A stretch of DNA of 64,000 nucleotides from Nitrospirota bacterium. GTDB lineage: Bacteria; Nitrospirota; UBA9217. How positions within the stretch are numbered: the first letter of the stretch is position 1; each line of letters opens with the position of its first letter. The stretch is from positions 32,001 to 96,000 of the forward strand of contig DASPSR010000022.1 of assembly GCA_035623825.1 (NCBI GenBank). The letters are read 5' to 3'. The notes under the pieces were generated by a model, which saw only the letters and a list, made by a program, of their open reading frames with translations, was not told the DNA's origin and searched no databases. Positions 19,690 to 29,088 of this stretch are shown here, piece after piece. Position numbers and translations under genes: made by a program.

Positions 19690-20478
19690 ATGGACGCAAT
19701 CAATTTTCTCGTGTATCCTTTCCTGGCCTGCCTCTTGCTGATCGTGATCCATGCCTATTTCGGCATCCACATCCTGCAGCGCGGCATCATTTTCGTCGAT
19801 CTGGCACTGGCCCAGTTCATCGGTATGGGAATCGCCTTGTCATTCCTTATCGGAGAGGAGCACGGCACGGTGCTCGCTCTCGCATTCGCCCTGATAGGCG
19901 CCTTCATCCTGTCGCTCTCGAAAAGGGTGTCGCGTCTCGTGAATATCGAGGCATTCATCGGCGTTCTTTATATCTTTTCCGTATCCGCGGCCATCCTGAT
20001 CCTCGACAGGTCTCCTCACGGACTTGAGGAATTCAAAACAATCCTGAACGGCAACATCATCTGGGTCACCCCGCACGAAGTGTTCACAACGTTTCTCGTG
20101 TACGGGGCCGTCGGGCTGCTCCATTTCGCCCTGCGCAGGCACTTTCTCGCACTTACCTATGAAGGCAAGGGGACCGCGCTCCTTGAATTCCTGTTTTTTG
20201 CCAGCTTCGCCGTGGTGCTGGTCAAATCGGTCAAAATGGCCGGCATTCTGCAGGTCTTTTCCTTTCTCGTTATTCCGGCGCTTATCGGTCGCCTTTACTC
20301 TCTCAGGCCTTTCGTGATCCTGATGATCGGGTGGATCGTCGGTGTTCTCATAACTATTGCCGGAATCGCCCTTTCCTACAAATTGGATGCGCCCACCGCG
20401 CCCGTCATCGTTGCAGGCCTGGCGACCGCTTTCTTTGTGCTTTTGGCCGTCAAGGCTGTTCGCCAAAAGGGCGAATGA
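19690..20478 (+). CDS. Metal ABC transporter permease (ZnuB/ABC-3)
   Basis: YFGIHILQRGIIFVDLALAQ; EAFIGVLY; GILQVFSFLVIPA. Confidence 0.9.
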   Translation: MDAINFLVYPFLACLLLIVIHAYFGIHILQRGIIFVDLALAQFIGMGIALSFLIGEEHGTVLALAFALIGAFILSLSKRVSRLVNIEAFIGVLYIFSVSAAILILDRSPHGLEEFKTILNGNIIWVTPHEVFTTFLVYGAVGLLHFALRRHFLALTYEGKGTALLEFLFFASFAVVLVKSVKMAGILQVFSFLVIPALIGRLYSLRPFVILMIGWIVGVLITIAGIALSYKLDAPTAPVIVAGLATAFFVLLAVKAVRQKGE

Positions 20479-20648
20479 ACGTTGAAAAGCCGGCAGAACC
20501 TTTAGGCCTTGCATGGAAGCAGATCTTCTGACGGCGAACGGGGCAGAGGCAATGAGAACGGAGCAAGAGAACAGGCCCCGTCGAGATCACCGAACCGGTC
20601 AGACATTCGTGATAAAATAAGAATAATTGATTCCGCCGAGGGCTCCTT

Positions 20649-22124
20649 ATGATGGGAATAAATGATGGACAACACCTATCCCTCTTGCGAAAAATCGCCC
20701 GTCGGGCGATGATCGAACGAGGGCTTCTCCCGGATTTCTCTCCCCGGGCGCTCGCCGAGCTGGAAAATATCCACGGGCCTGCGACAAAAGCTGAGGAGGC
20801 GGTGCGCGACCTGCGGCACCTTCCCTGGTGTTCGATAGACAACGATGATTCACGAGATCTGGACCAGCTCACCGTTGCGGAAGCAATGCCTGGCGACAGC
20901 GCGAAGGTCCTTGTCGCCGTTGCCGATGTAGATGCTCTTGTCAAGAAGGACTCGGCACTCGATGAACACGCTCACCAAAACACCACTTCGGTGTATACCG
21001 CGGCGGAGACATTTCCGATGCTGCCCGCGAAACTCTCGACCGACCTGACTTCACTCAATTACGAATCAGAACGATTTGCCGTGGTCGTCGAAATGATCGT
21101 CGCCAAGGACGGATCGCTTCAGAAGTCCGATGTCTATGTAGCGCTGGTCCGCAATCAAGCAAAGCTCGCTTACAACAGCGTCGCAGCTTGGCTGGATAAT
21201 GCAGGGCCAATGCCGTCGGAGATCGGCTCTGTTCCCGGCCTCGCCGAAACGCTGCGGCTTCAGGACCGTGTGGCGCAGCAGATGAAGACGCTCCGGCACG
21301 AACACGGTGCGCTGACCCTTGAGACAATCGAAGCACGCTTGGTTTTTGATGACGGCGAGCTCAAGGATTTTGAGGCAGAGAAAAAGAACAGGGCAAAAGA
21401 CATTATTGAGGATTTCATGATCGCGGCGAACGGCGTTACCGCGCGCTTCCTTGCTTCCAAAAGTCTGCCCTCATTGCGGCGCATCGTCCGGACCCCCAAA
21501 CGATGGGACCGGATCGTCGAGCTTGCCTCGGAACACGGCTTCACTCTGCCCTCGGAGCCTGATCCAAAGGCCTTGGAGCAGTTTCTCATACAGGCCAGAG
21601 CTTCTGACCCGCTTCGCTTCCCGGATCTTTCCCTTTCCGTCATCAAGCTTTTGGGTGCGGGTGAATACGTAGTCGAACAACCCGGGGGCACATCAGACGG
21701 CCACTTCGGCCTTGCAGTCGCCGATTATACCCATTCCACAGCCCCGAACCGGCGCTATCCGGACATCATCACCCAAAGGCTTTTGAAAGCCGCAATAGAG
21801 GGGCATTCACCTCCCTACGGGAACGACGAACTGGCAGCGCTCGCAACTCACTGTACGGAGAAGGAGAATGCCGCAAAGAAGGTCGAACGGCAGGTCAGAA
21901 AATCCGCAGCAGCGCTGCTGCTGGAACCACGGATCGGCGAGCAGTTCGATGGCGTGATCACGGGGGCAGCAGAAAAAGGCACCTGGGTCCGAATTTTCAA
22001 TCCGCCTATCGAGGGAAGGCTGACGAGCGGTTTTGAGAAGATGGACGTCGGCCACAGACTGCGTGTGCAACTGGTCAGTGCGGACGTCCAACGCGGATTT
22101 ATTGACTTCAGGAAGGTGGGCTGA
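20649..22124 (+). CDS. RNB-domain exoribonuclease (RNase II/R family, short form)
   Basis: SIDNDDSRDLDQ catalytic motif, IEDFMIAAN, HFGLA..YTHSTAPNRRYPD and C-terminal S1 domain. Confidence 0.93.
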   Translation: MMGINDGQHLSLLRKIARRAMIERGLLPDFSPRALAELENIHGPATKAEEAVRDLRHLPWCSIDNDDSRDLDQLTVAEAMPGDSAKVLVAVADVDALVKKDSALDEHAHQNTTSVYTAAETFPMLPAKLSTDLTSLNYESERFAVVVEMIVAKDGSLQKSDVYVALVRNQAKLAYNSVAAWLDNAGPMPSEIGSVPGLAETLRLQDRVAQQMKTLRHEHGALTLETIEARLVFDDGELKDFEAEKKNRAKDIIEDFMIAANGVTARFLASKSLPSLRRIVRTPKRWDRIVELASEHGFTLPSEPDPKALEQFLIQARASDPLRFPDLSLSVIKLLGAGEYVVEQPGGTSDGHFGLAVADYTHSTAPNRRYPDIITQRLLKAAIEGHSPPYGNDELAALATHCTEKENAAKKVERQVRKSAAALLLEPRIGEQFDGVITGAAEKGTWVRIFNPPIEGRLTSGFEKMDVGHRLRVQLVSADVQRGFIDFRKVG

Positions 22125-22303
22125 ACAGCTGCGTAGATCGCCGAGAGATCGCAACCCTGTGGATAAACTTTTGGGGCCTGTATGCTCGGCGGAATCAAGC
22201 CTTGGCGCAGCAGCACTCACGCAAAGGATAACGGCCGTGTAGCCTATAGCGTATGATGCGTTATCTGTCGCAATGAGGTATCATTCTAATATAGGGGGTC
22301 TGT

Positions 22304-22591
22304 ATGAATTACGATGCATGTCTACCGGATAAGTCGCACATTGCGCGCGAGATTCTGACGTATCTGGAAAAGCATCCGGATGCCCAGGATACGCTGGATG
22401 GTATTTCCAAGGGCTGGCTTCCTCCAGGTCGAGGGAGCAGGTATAAACCAACAGTTGTACGAGAGGTGATAAAGGACCTTGTTCTCGAGGGGACGATTCT
22501 AGAGAGTAAAATACCGGGTCAACATGCAGTATACCAGCTTAACCTCGCTAAGCGCAACAAATTGAAAGAATTATTGAAGAAAAAAGAGTAG
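22304..22591 (+). CDS. Small winged-helix-like hypothetical protein
   Basis: ILTYLEKHPDAQDTLDGI..W..VREVIKDLV.EG; GGGGG RBS. Confidence 0.65.
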   Translation: MNYDACLPDKSHIAREILTYLEKHPDAQDTLDGISKGWLPPGRGSRYKPTVVREVIKDLVLEGTILESKIPGQHAVYQLNLAKRNKLKELLKKKE

Positions 22592-22796
22592 TACTTCCCG
22601 GATTACGGGCTACCACAGTATTGCCGACTTGCACGTTGTTAAGGTGATTTTCAATCAGTCGCATTCGGACGTCTTTATATGATCCGGCTCTTGAAAGATA
22701 TCATTTTAAAGCCGATAAGAAATCCCTGCCTGCACGTCACTCCAAAAAACGAATTTAACAGGCATGATTCTCAGCGATACACGTGGCAGCATTCTC

Positions 22797-22825
22797 TTGA
22801 CATCAAATATATCCAGTGCTACACT
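22797..22825 (+). promoter_or_regulatory. Sigma70 promoter (extended -10)
   Basis: TTGACA-N17-TACACT with TGn. Confidence 0.6.
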
Positions 22826-22943
22826 AAAATCAAGATAAGGACTATCCTGTTATTTTGAATTCCATATTCTAGTTCGTGCTTGGAATGGATTTACGATTAT
22901 CAGGGTTAATTTTTACGGGTGTGCTGGAAGGGAGGTGTTGACC

Positions 22944-23108
22944 GTGGCGGAAAAGCTTAAAAAAATCGAATGTGATCCGAAGTGTGGCTTTATGGTGCGG
23001 AGCCATGACGAAAAGGAAGTGGTCGAAATCGCAATGAACCATGCGAAAAAAGCTCATAAAATGAGCATCACGGAGAAAGAATTAAAAGGCATGGTGAAGG
23101 ATGGGTAG
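22944..23108 (+). CDS. DUF1059 domain small protein (54 aa; absent from the ORF track)
   Basis: GGAGGT RBS then GTG; MAEKLKKIECDPKCGFMVRSHDEKEVVEIAMNHAKKAHKMSITEKELKGMVKDG has the C-x3-C..H-x4-H pattern. Confidence 0.85.
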   Translation: MAEKLKKIECDPKCGFMVRSHDEKEVVEIAMNHAKKAHKMSITEKELKGMVKDG

Positions 23109-23397
23109 AGCGGCCTTACTGCACCCTTTTGCATTTAAATGTTAGTTATACGTTATCCCTGTTGTAATTTCTTGCACGCCTGTCTCATCGCAGCTGCAGA
23201 GATTGAGCGTGAGTGCAGGCGTCGGAAAACAGGGTGGAGGAAACAGGAGTGAATCGACTGTCAGCCCTGGCCTTCCGATATAGCCAAGATGCCGGGGCGA
23301 GCTTGACTTAAGTCAGTAGCTTTGATAGATTAAAGACAGTGAGAAACGATTCTCACACGTTCATTGACAGAAAAAGGAAGATGTGAGTTTATATTCT

Positions 23398-23490
23398 TCT
23401 CTGCTCAGAGCAAACTGGGGGAAACCCCGGGACGCAGAGCAACGGGACTAGCAGGGTAACTGAAACGAATGTCCGCCGAGCCGCCAGAGA
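23398..23490 (+). ncRNA. Cyclic-dinucleotide riboswitch, GEMM-I / c-di-GMP-I fold (A20 variant)
   Basis: P1 TCTCTG/CAGAGA; GCAAAC; P2 CTGGGG-GAAA-CCCCGG; GACGCA(G)AGC junction; P3 GGGAC..GTC-CG-CC; terminal GCC. Confidence 0.88.
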
Positions 23491-23510
23491 TTATCTCTGG
23501 CGGCTTTTTA
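23479..23510 (+). terminator. Intrinsic terminator of the riboswitch expression platform
   Basis: AGCCGCCAGAGA-TTA-TCTCTGGCGGCT followed by TTTT; the 5' arm overlaps the aptamer's 3' strand. Confidence 0.88.
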
Positions 23511-23538
23511 TATTTGTGGAGAAGGAGGAAGACGTGCC

Positions 23539-25308
23539 ATGGCCAATACATCGCGCAGCAGAGGCAGATCAAAAGAAAAGAGATCTACTCCTCGCAAAGC
23601 TGCGAAGAAGTCTGTGAAAAAAAAGAAAGTTCTCAAAAGGAAGGTCAGCAGGAAAGCTGCGGAGAAGATCGTTAAAAGATCCATTCCAAAACCGCAGAAC
23701 AAGATTCCTCTTCCCGGCAGTGAACGGTCTGCTCTTCCGGGGGCACGCGTTGTCGGTCCAGCCGATCCGACCGAACGCATCCTGGTGACGGTGCTCGTCC
23801 GGCGTCGTCCCGGAAGCAAGGATCTCACTGCCATGATCGAGGAGACGGGCGCCCGCAGGCCCCATGAACGCAAGCACCTGAGCCGTGAAGAATTCGCTGC
23901 TTCATATGGCGCCGATCCTCATGATATCAAAAAAGTTGAAGCGTTCGCTCACGACTACGGAATCGACGTTGTCGAATCCGACGCTGCGCAGCGCCGCGTA
24001 GTGCTCTCCGGAACCGTGGCTGCCCTCAGTACCGCCTTCGGCGCCTATCTGGCTGACTACGAACATCCGGGAGGCGCCTACCGCGGGCGTACAGGGTCCG
24101 TGCAGGTGCCTGAAGATCTCGCGCCCATTATCGAAGCAGTCTTAGGTCTGGATAACCGTCCCCAGGCCCGTCCCCACGTGCGTGTCTCGAAACAGCAAGA
24201 GGGAGCAGCCAGCCCCACGGAAAGTACCTCTTACACGCCGCTTCAAATAGCGCAGCTCTACAACTTCCCGCAGGGAGCAAACGGCAGAGGACAGTGCATC
24301 GCCATCATCGAGCTCGGTGGTGGATACCGGACTACGGACCTCAAGGACTACTACAGCGCCCTCGGAATTGCCATGCCGAAGATCGCGAGCAAGTCCATAG
24401 ACGGAGGCCGCAATAAGCCCATGGTGGATACGAATGCTGACGGCGAAGTGCTCCTTGATATCGAGGTGGCCGGGGCAGTCGCCCCGCTCGCGAAGATCGT
24501 GGTATACTTTGCTCCCAACACTGACGCGGGCTTTCTTGACGCGGTCAAGAGCGCTGTCCACGACAAGCGCAACAAGCCCTCGGTGATCTCGATCAGCTGG
24601 GGAGGGCCGGAAAAGGGATGGACTCGCCAGGCGATGCAGGCCATGGACCAGGCTTTCCAGGAAGCCGCAACTATGGGTGTAACCGTGTGCTGTGCGGCCG
24701 GGGACGCCGGGTCGTCCGACCTCCGCCCGCCGGAAGCCGATGACGGACTTCTCCATACCGATTTCCCTGCGTCCAGTACCTATGCACTTGCCTGCGGAGG
24801 CACCCGGCTGAAGGGGTCTGGTGCCATCATCAGGGAAGAGGTTGTCTGGAACGAAGGGAGAAATGACGGCGCTACGGGAGGGGGAGTGAGCGACGTATTC
24901 GACCTCCCGAAATGGCAGGCAGGGGCCAGCGTCCCTCCGTCGGCTAACCCCGGCGGACGCATCGGCAGGGGAGTCCCCGACGTGGCAGGAGACGCCGATC
25001 CAATCACGGGCTATCAGGTCCTGGTGGATGGACAGAAGGGTATTATTGGAGGAACCAGCGCGGTGGCTCCGCTCTGGGCCGGCCTGATCTCCCTTCTGAA
25101 TCAGAAAATAGGCTCCGCTGTCGGATATCTCAATCCGCTGCTATACAGCCTTCCCGCTGCTTCCGGGGCGTTTCACGACATAACGGCAGGCAATAACGAC
25201 ATCACCGGCAACAACGGGGCCTACAAAGCCGGCCCGGGTTGGGACGCCTGCACGGGATGGGGGTCTCCTGACGGAACCAAACTTTTGAGCGCCTTGAGCG
25301 GCAAATGA
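23539..25308 (+). CDS. S53 family peptidase (kumamolisin/sedolisin) with prodomain
   Basis: Catalytic GEVLLDIE (ExxxD), AAGDAGS, RGVPDVA, GGTSAVAP; Ca-site GWDACTGWGSPDG; K/R-rich N-terminal extension. Confidence 0.95.
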   Translation: MANTSRSRGRSKEKRSTPRKAAKKSVKKKKVLKRKVSRKAAEKIVKRSIPKPQNKIPLPGSERSALPGARVVGPADPTERILVTVLVRRRPGSKDLTAMIEETGARRPHERKHLSREEFAASYGADPHDIKKVEAFAHDYGIDVVESDAAQRRVVLSGTVAALSTAFGAYLADYEHPGGAYRGRTGSVQVPEDLAPIIEAVLGLDNRPQARPHVRVSKQQEGAASPTESTSYTPLQIAQLYNFPQGANGRGQCIAIIELGGGYRTTDLKDYYSALGIAMPKIASKSIDGGRNKPMVDTNADGEVLLDIEVAGAVAPLAKIVVYFAPNTDAGFLDAVKSAVHDKRNKPSVISISWGGPEKGWTRQAMQAMDQAFQEAATMGVTVCCAAGDAGSSDLRPPEADDGLLHTDFPASSTYALACGGTRLKGSGAIIREEVVWNEGRNDGATGGGVSDVFDLPKWQAGASVPPSANPGGRIGRGVPDVAGDADPITGYQVLVDGQKGIIGGTSAVAPLWAGLISLLNQKIGSAVGYLNPLLYSLPAASGAFHDITAGNNDITGNNGAYKAGPGWDACTGWGSPDGTKLLSALSGK

Positions 25309-25410
25309 AGTACATGGGGGCCGTAACATGAGATTGAGAAGTCCCCGGGGTCGGTCACACGGGTTCCCTCGGGTCCATGGCATACCCGCGTTAGGAGGGA
25401 GGAATGTCCT

Positions 25411-26406
25411 ATGCCGCAAAACAAACCCAACCCCTTGCAACATGTGGTAATGATTGTTAAAGAAAATCACTCCTTCGACAATTACTTCGGAACCTTCCCC
25501 GGAGCCTTAGGCGCAAAGATGGTGCACTCCGCCAATCCGCCATCGTCGGATCCCGATCATCGTCATGGTGCATGGTTGACGCGCGACAAGACCTCTGTCC
25601 GAATGCAGTTCATCGAAAAGGATATCCCCGACTACTTTGCCTATGCACGGCAGTTTGTCCTGTGCGATCGCTATTTCACCGATGTAGCAGGGCCATCGAC
25701 GCCCAATCACCTGATGCTCATAGCCGCTGCCTCGCCGATCATCGACAATCCGCCGCGCTACCGGCTTCCCGTAGGCACTCCGTTGTACAACCTTCCGTCG
25801 CTTCCCATGAGCCTGGAAAAGAAGGGGCTGACATGGCGGAACTACGGAGGTTACGCATTCGATTTTATCCAGGATCTCCACGGAAAGCCTCAGTTCAAGT
25901 CTGAGCAATTCGCTCAGGACGCGGCTGCGGGAAATCTCCCGCATGTCTCGTGGGTTTATGCGCCTCATGACGCGAGCGAACACCCTGCTGACCCGATCGA
26001 TAAAAGCAGCAATCCCTTAATCGGCAACGTCACCCATGGCATGGCATGGACCGTTGCCCAGGTCGATGCCATCGTAAAGGGCGGCTTATGGCCAAAGTCG
26101 GTCATTTTCATCACATGGGATGATTGGGGCGGCTGATTTGATCATGTCAATCCGCCTGAAATCGAGAAGTGGACCGATGGCACGCAGTTCCGCTACGGGT
26201 CGCGCGTCGGCTGTCTGGTGCTCTGCCCCTATGCCAGGCAGGGATACATTTCAAACACCGTGCATTCACACGTGAGCCTGCTCAAGTTCTGTGAAACCCT
26301 GTTCAGCCTGCCGGCGCTGAATGACCGCACGGCGAATGCAGATGATATGTCAGATTGTTTCGACTTCAACCAACAGCCCGCGGCTCCGCCGAAAAGCTCT
26401 TCGTAG
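25411..26406 (+). pseudogene. Phospholipase C / phosphoesterase (AcpA-like) interrupted by an in-frame TGA at 26134-26136
   Basis: VKENHSFDNYFG, GPSTPNH, SEHP, ITWDDWGG*FDHV..YGSRV..HVSLLKFCE continue in the same frame to TAG at 26406. Confidence 0.85.
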
Positions 26407-26599
26407 CACGCTGCGGTCAGCGTTAGGCATACTCGAGAGCACCGGGGATCCGTTGGAACTTATCGAAACATGCACAAGCGCTATGGGTCGCGCCAAATAG
26501 CGCATAACCCGCCAAACCCTGACAAACCCGCCTCCGGAAAACTCTTCTTTTCGCAACCCGCCCGGCAGAACAAGAAAGAAAAATCGATCAAAAGAGAAT

Positions 26600-27364
26600 T
26601 CACTCTCCCTTTGCCGCCTCGTGCCTTGGGTACATCGAATAGGTGGCTGCGGCGAGGATCACCATGTACGCGGAGAGCACGGCGCACGTGACCCATTCCC
26701 AGAAGGCAAAACTTAAATACACAGGCACCCCGCGGGCACGCCATGGGAGCCCTACCCACGGGAGCTCGGGCAGCATAAAATGGACATACGCCTGAATCAA
26801 GCCCGCCAGCGCGATCGGGAACACTGCTGCGCTGGCCAGGATGGCTGCATACAGCCGCGCGTGGACGCTGAACCTGAGCATCCGGCTCAGCAGGGTCCGC
26901 TCAATGGTCTTGAACATCAGCTGGATCATCCCGATCAACAGGCCGGCAAAAGCCAGTACCGCGAGGATTTCGTGCCCTTTTTCTATCCGGCGAAGCCAGT
27001 GGGACAGCAAGGCGGCACACATCAGGCAGGAGTTTCCGAACTGCAGAGCCCTGACCCCGCTCAGCCGGCCTCCCGCACCTTCGAGCTTCCAGAGCCGGGC
27101 CAATACCGCCGCCCAGCACAGCCCGCAGAGGCCGCATATCACGACACCCGCCGACGCCCATAGATAGCCGGCTGGGTCGCGGCCGAGAGAGAGAAGATTG
27201 GACACCGGCATGTACCGCCAGTCATACTCAGAAGAATACCTCCGCGCCGCCATCGCCATGCCGCTCCAGAACGCCACTACTCCGAGAGGCGCGGTCACTT
27301 GAGAGGCCCGTAGCAAGAACGACTTATCCAAAATTTCTTTTTTGAGTTCGGAAAAGGGAGACAT
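26600..27364 (-). CDS. Hypothetical multi-pass membrane protein (DUF998-like)
   Basis: YDWRY..VSNL, several TM helices, FWEW; start uncertain. Confidence 0.6.
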   Translation of the reverse strand: MSPFSELKKEILDKSFLLRASQVTAPLGVVAFWSGMAMAARRYSSEYDWRYMPVSNLLSLGRDPAGYLWASAGVVICGLCGLCWAAVLARLWKLEGAGGRLSGVRALQFGNSCLMCAALLSHWLRRIEKGHEILAVLAFAGLLIGMIQLMFKTIERTLLSRMLRFSVHARLYAAILASAAVFPIALAGLIQAYVHFMLPELPWVGLPWRARGVPVYLSFAFWEWVTCAVLSAYMVILAAATYSMYPRHEAAKGE

Positions 27365-27550
27365 AACCGGGCATGTCCCGTCTTTGACGTCCTTCCGCGG
27401 CTGTCTTGAGTCTTGTCGAGGGCATCCCTCTCTGGAGGCGCCGCGGCCAGATCGTTCATGTAAATATTGCAATGAAAGGGGAGAGACTCTACAGCTTTCG
27501 TGCCGTCTTAGCTGTTCATCCTGCTTAACTCTATTCTTGCTCCTAAGCAA

Positions 27551-27579
27551 TAAAAAAGACTGCCCTAAAGGGCAGTCTT
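27551..27579 (-). terminator. Intrinsic terminator
   Basis: AAGACTGCCC-TAAA-GGGCAGTCTT hairpin; on the minus strand it is followed by a U-tract, 20 bp after the 36-aa ORF. Confidence 0.8.
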
Positions 27580-27599
27580 GGCAGGACGCCGATACGCAC

Positions 27600-27710
27600 T
27601 TATTTTTTCTTGTGTGTTCCGCAATACGCCGATTTTGCCATTGCGGGCTTCTTGCACTTTGTTCCCTGTTTTGTCTTGCCGGCGCACATTGCTTTCTTTG
27701 CAGATGCCAT
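27600..27710 (-). CDS. 36-aa basic Cys3His (putative zinc-binding) microprotein
   Basis: GGAGGTGAAT-ATG; MASAKKAMCAGKTKQGTKCKKPAMAKSAYCGTHKKK; own terminator. Confidence 0.8.
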   Translation of the reverse strand: MASAKKAMCAGKTKQGTKCKKPAMAKSAYCGTHKKK

Positions 27711-27836
27711 ATTCACCTCCCTATAATCGTTTATCTTTGCTAGAATTATATCATATAAAAACCGGAGAATCTGTTTCCAAGAACGGTTTGTGCACTGGAG
27801 TTGGATCAGAGAAGCAGCTCTGGGAGAGGAGTGACC

Positions 27837-28238
27837 ATGGAGAAAAGAGATTGCAATGACAGGATGACTCATTGGGTCATATTGCTTTGCGTGATTGTAC
27901 TCCCTGGATGTGCAGGCCTTGAGGTGCCCGACACGACGAGCCTGCTCTTTCCCAGGTTCCATCGGTCTGAGGTTTTTGGCTTTGTGGCGGGCCTGGGGAC
28001 GACCTTCGCCGCCTTTCCCGATCTGATAAAGATGCTCAAGCGGCGGTCAAGCAAGGGTATGAACCCGATGATGGCGGGCATTATGGGCATCTTCCAGGTC
28101 GTCTGGATCTATTACGGCCTCTTGATTGCGTCGCGGCCGGTGATCGTATGGAACATGATCGCCGTGGTTATCAATTTCCTGACCGTCGGTGCGTACTTTC
28201 GATTCGCACGGAGGGAAGGGACTAAGGATAACGCATGA
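27837..28238 (+). CDS. SemiSWEET / PQ-loop family transporter
   Basis: GFVAGLGTTFAAFPDL..VWIYYGLLI.SRPVIVWN; N-terminal lipobox-like extension LPGC. Confidence 0.82.
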   Translation: MEKRDCNDRMTHWVILLCVIVLPGCAGLEVPDTTSLLFPRFHRSEVFGFVAGLGTTFAAFPDLIKMLKRRSSKGMNPMMAGIMGIFQVVWIYYGLLIASRPVIVWNMIAVVINFLTVGAYFRFARREGTKDNA

Positions 28239-28631
28239 ACGCGTCCGGCCATCGGCATATCCGAGCGCGGCCTTCTGCTTCCGGAGGATGCTTCTTAAAA
28301 AGAGGGAAGCAATGGCCAGCCGGTTTTCTGATCCGACATCACGTGCATTTGATTGTTATTCGCCTGCTGTCTCACGGGCGTCCGACGGGGAATGACATTC
28401 GTGCAGTATACCCGAAGGTCATCTGAGGTCATGCGTCCGTTCATGAGCAACATGTGTTTTTAGCGTTGGTCCCCCGGCTGCAACCTTGATTACTTCTAAA
28501 TAACATCACCGCGTCCGAAAACCTCATTTTTTTGCGTTCCACGCACCAATCGGCACTACCGCGATAGAACAATAGCTATATCCCCTCCAGTAAAATCTTT
28601 TAAACGATACTCACGCCCAAAACGTAATTTA

Positions 28632-28910
28632 TTGATAAAAAAGGGGAAAATCCTGCAACTCTGCCTCAATGGCGGCGTGGGGAATGACGCTTATATTCTT
28701 GGCCCTCAATCCGCCAATTATGTTCTCAGCATCAGTACGGGCAGTGCGTTCACTTCTCTCAATCCAGGCGGGGGTAATTACACACTGGCACAGCTGATAG
28801 GCGGTTCCGCGCCCCAGATAACAGTTACCACGCGGATCGCGATCTGGGTCGGGATTAGTGTCAATTCTGGCAGTAGTACGGCCACGGTGCAATCTCTGGC
28901 GATAAATTAG
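28632..28910 (+). pseudogene. Probable C-terminal fragment of a secreted/surface beta-rich protein
   Basis: S/T/G/N-rich protein-like sequence with no RBS or signal peptide, followed by a hairpin. Confidence 0.35.
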
Positions 28911-28943
28911 TGCCGGGGAGAACAAGAACGACATCGGGTATGT

Positions 28944-28975
28944 AAAAAAGGGGGCCCGGATCAACCGGCCCCTTG
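28944..28975. terminator. GC hairpin terminator
   Basis: AAAAAAGGGGGCCCGG-ATCAA-CCGGCCCCTT. Confidence 0.55.
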
Positions 28976-29088
28976 ATTTGAACTTCTCGCGATATTCCAG
29001 TAAACCATCATTTTATCCTTTATCTTACCGAGAAATTCCACTATTATACATCGCAGGTCTGGCCAATGCTTTCTTCACTGGTTGACGC

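Noticed and set aside
22158-22166. Perfect DnaA box (TGTGGATAA)
   Set aside because: Single copy with no AT-rich unwinding region; insufficient on its own.
26134-26136. TGA as selenocysteine or an alternative genetic code
   Set aside because: The position corresponds to Trp/Phe, not Cys, and many genes in the window end at TGA with correct C-termini (for example clpP, alaS, mltG).
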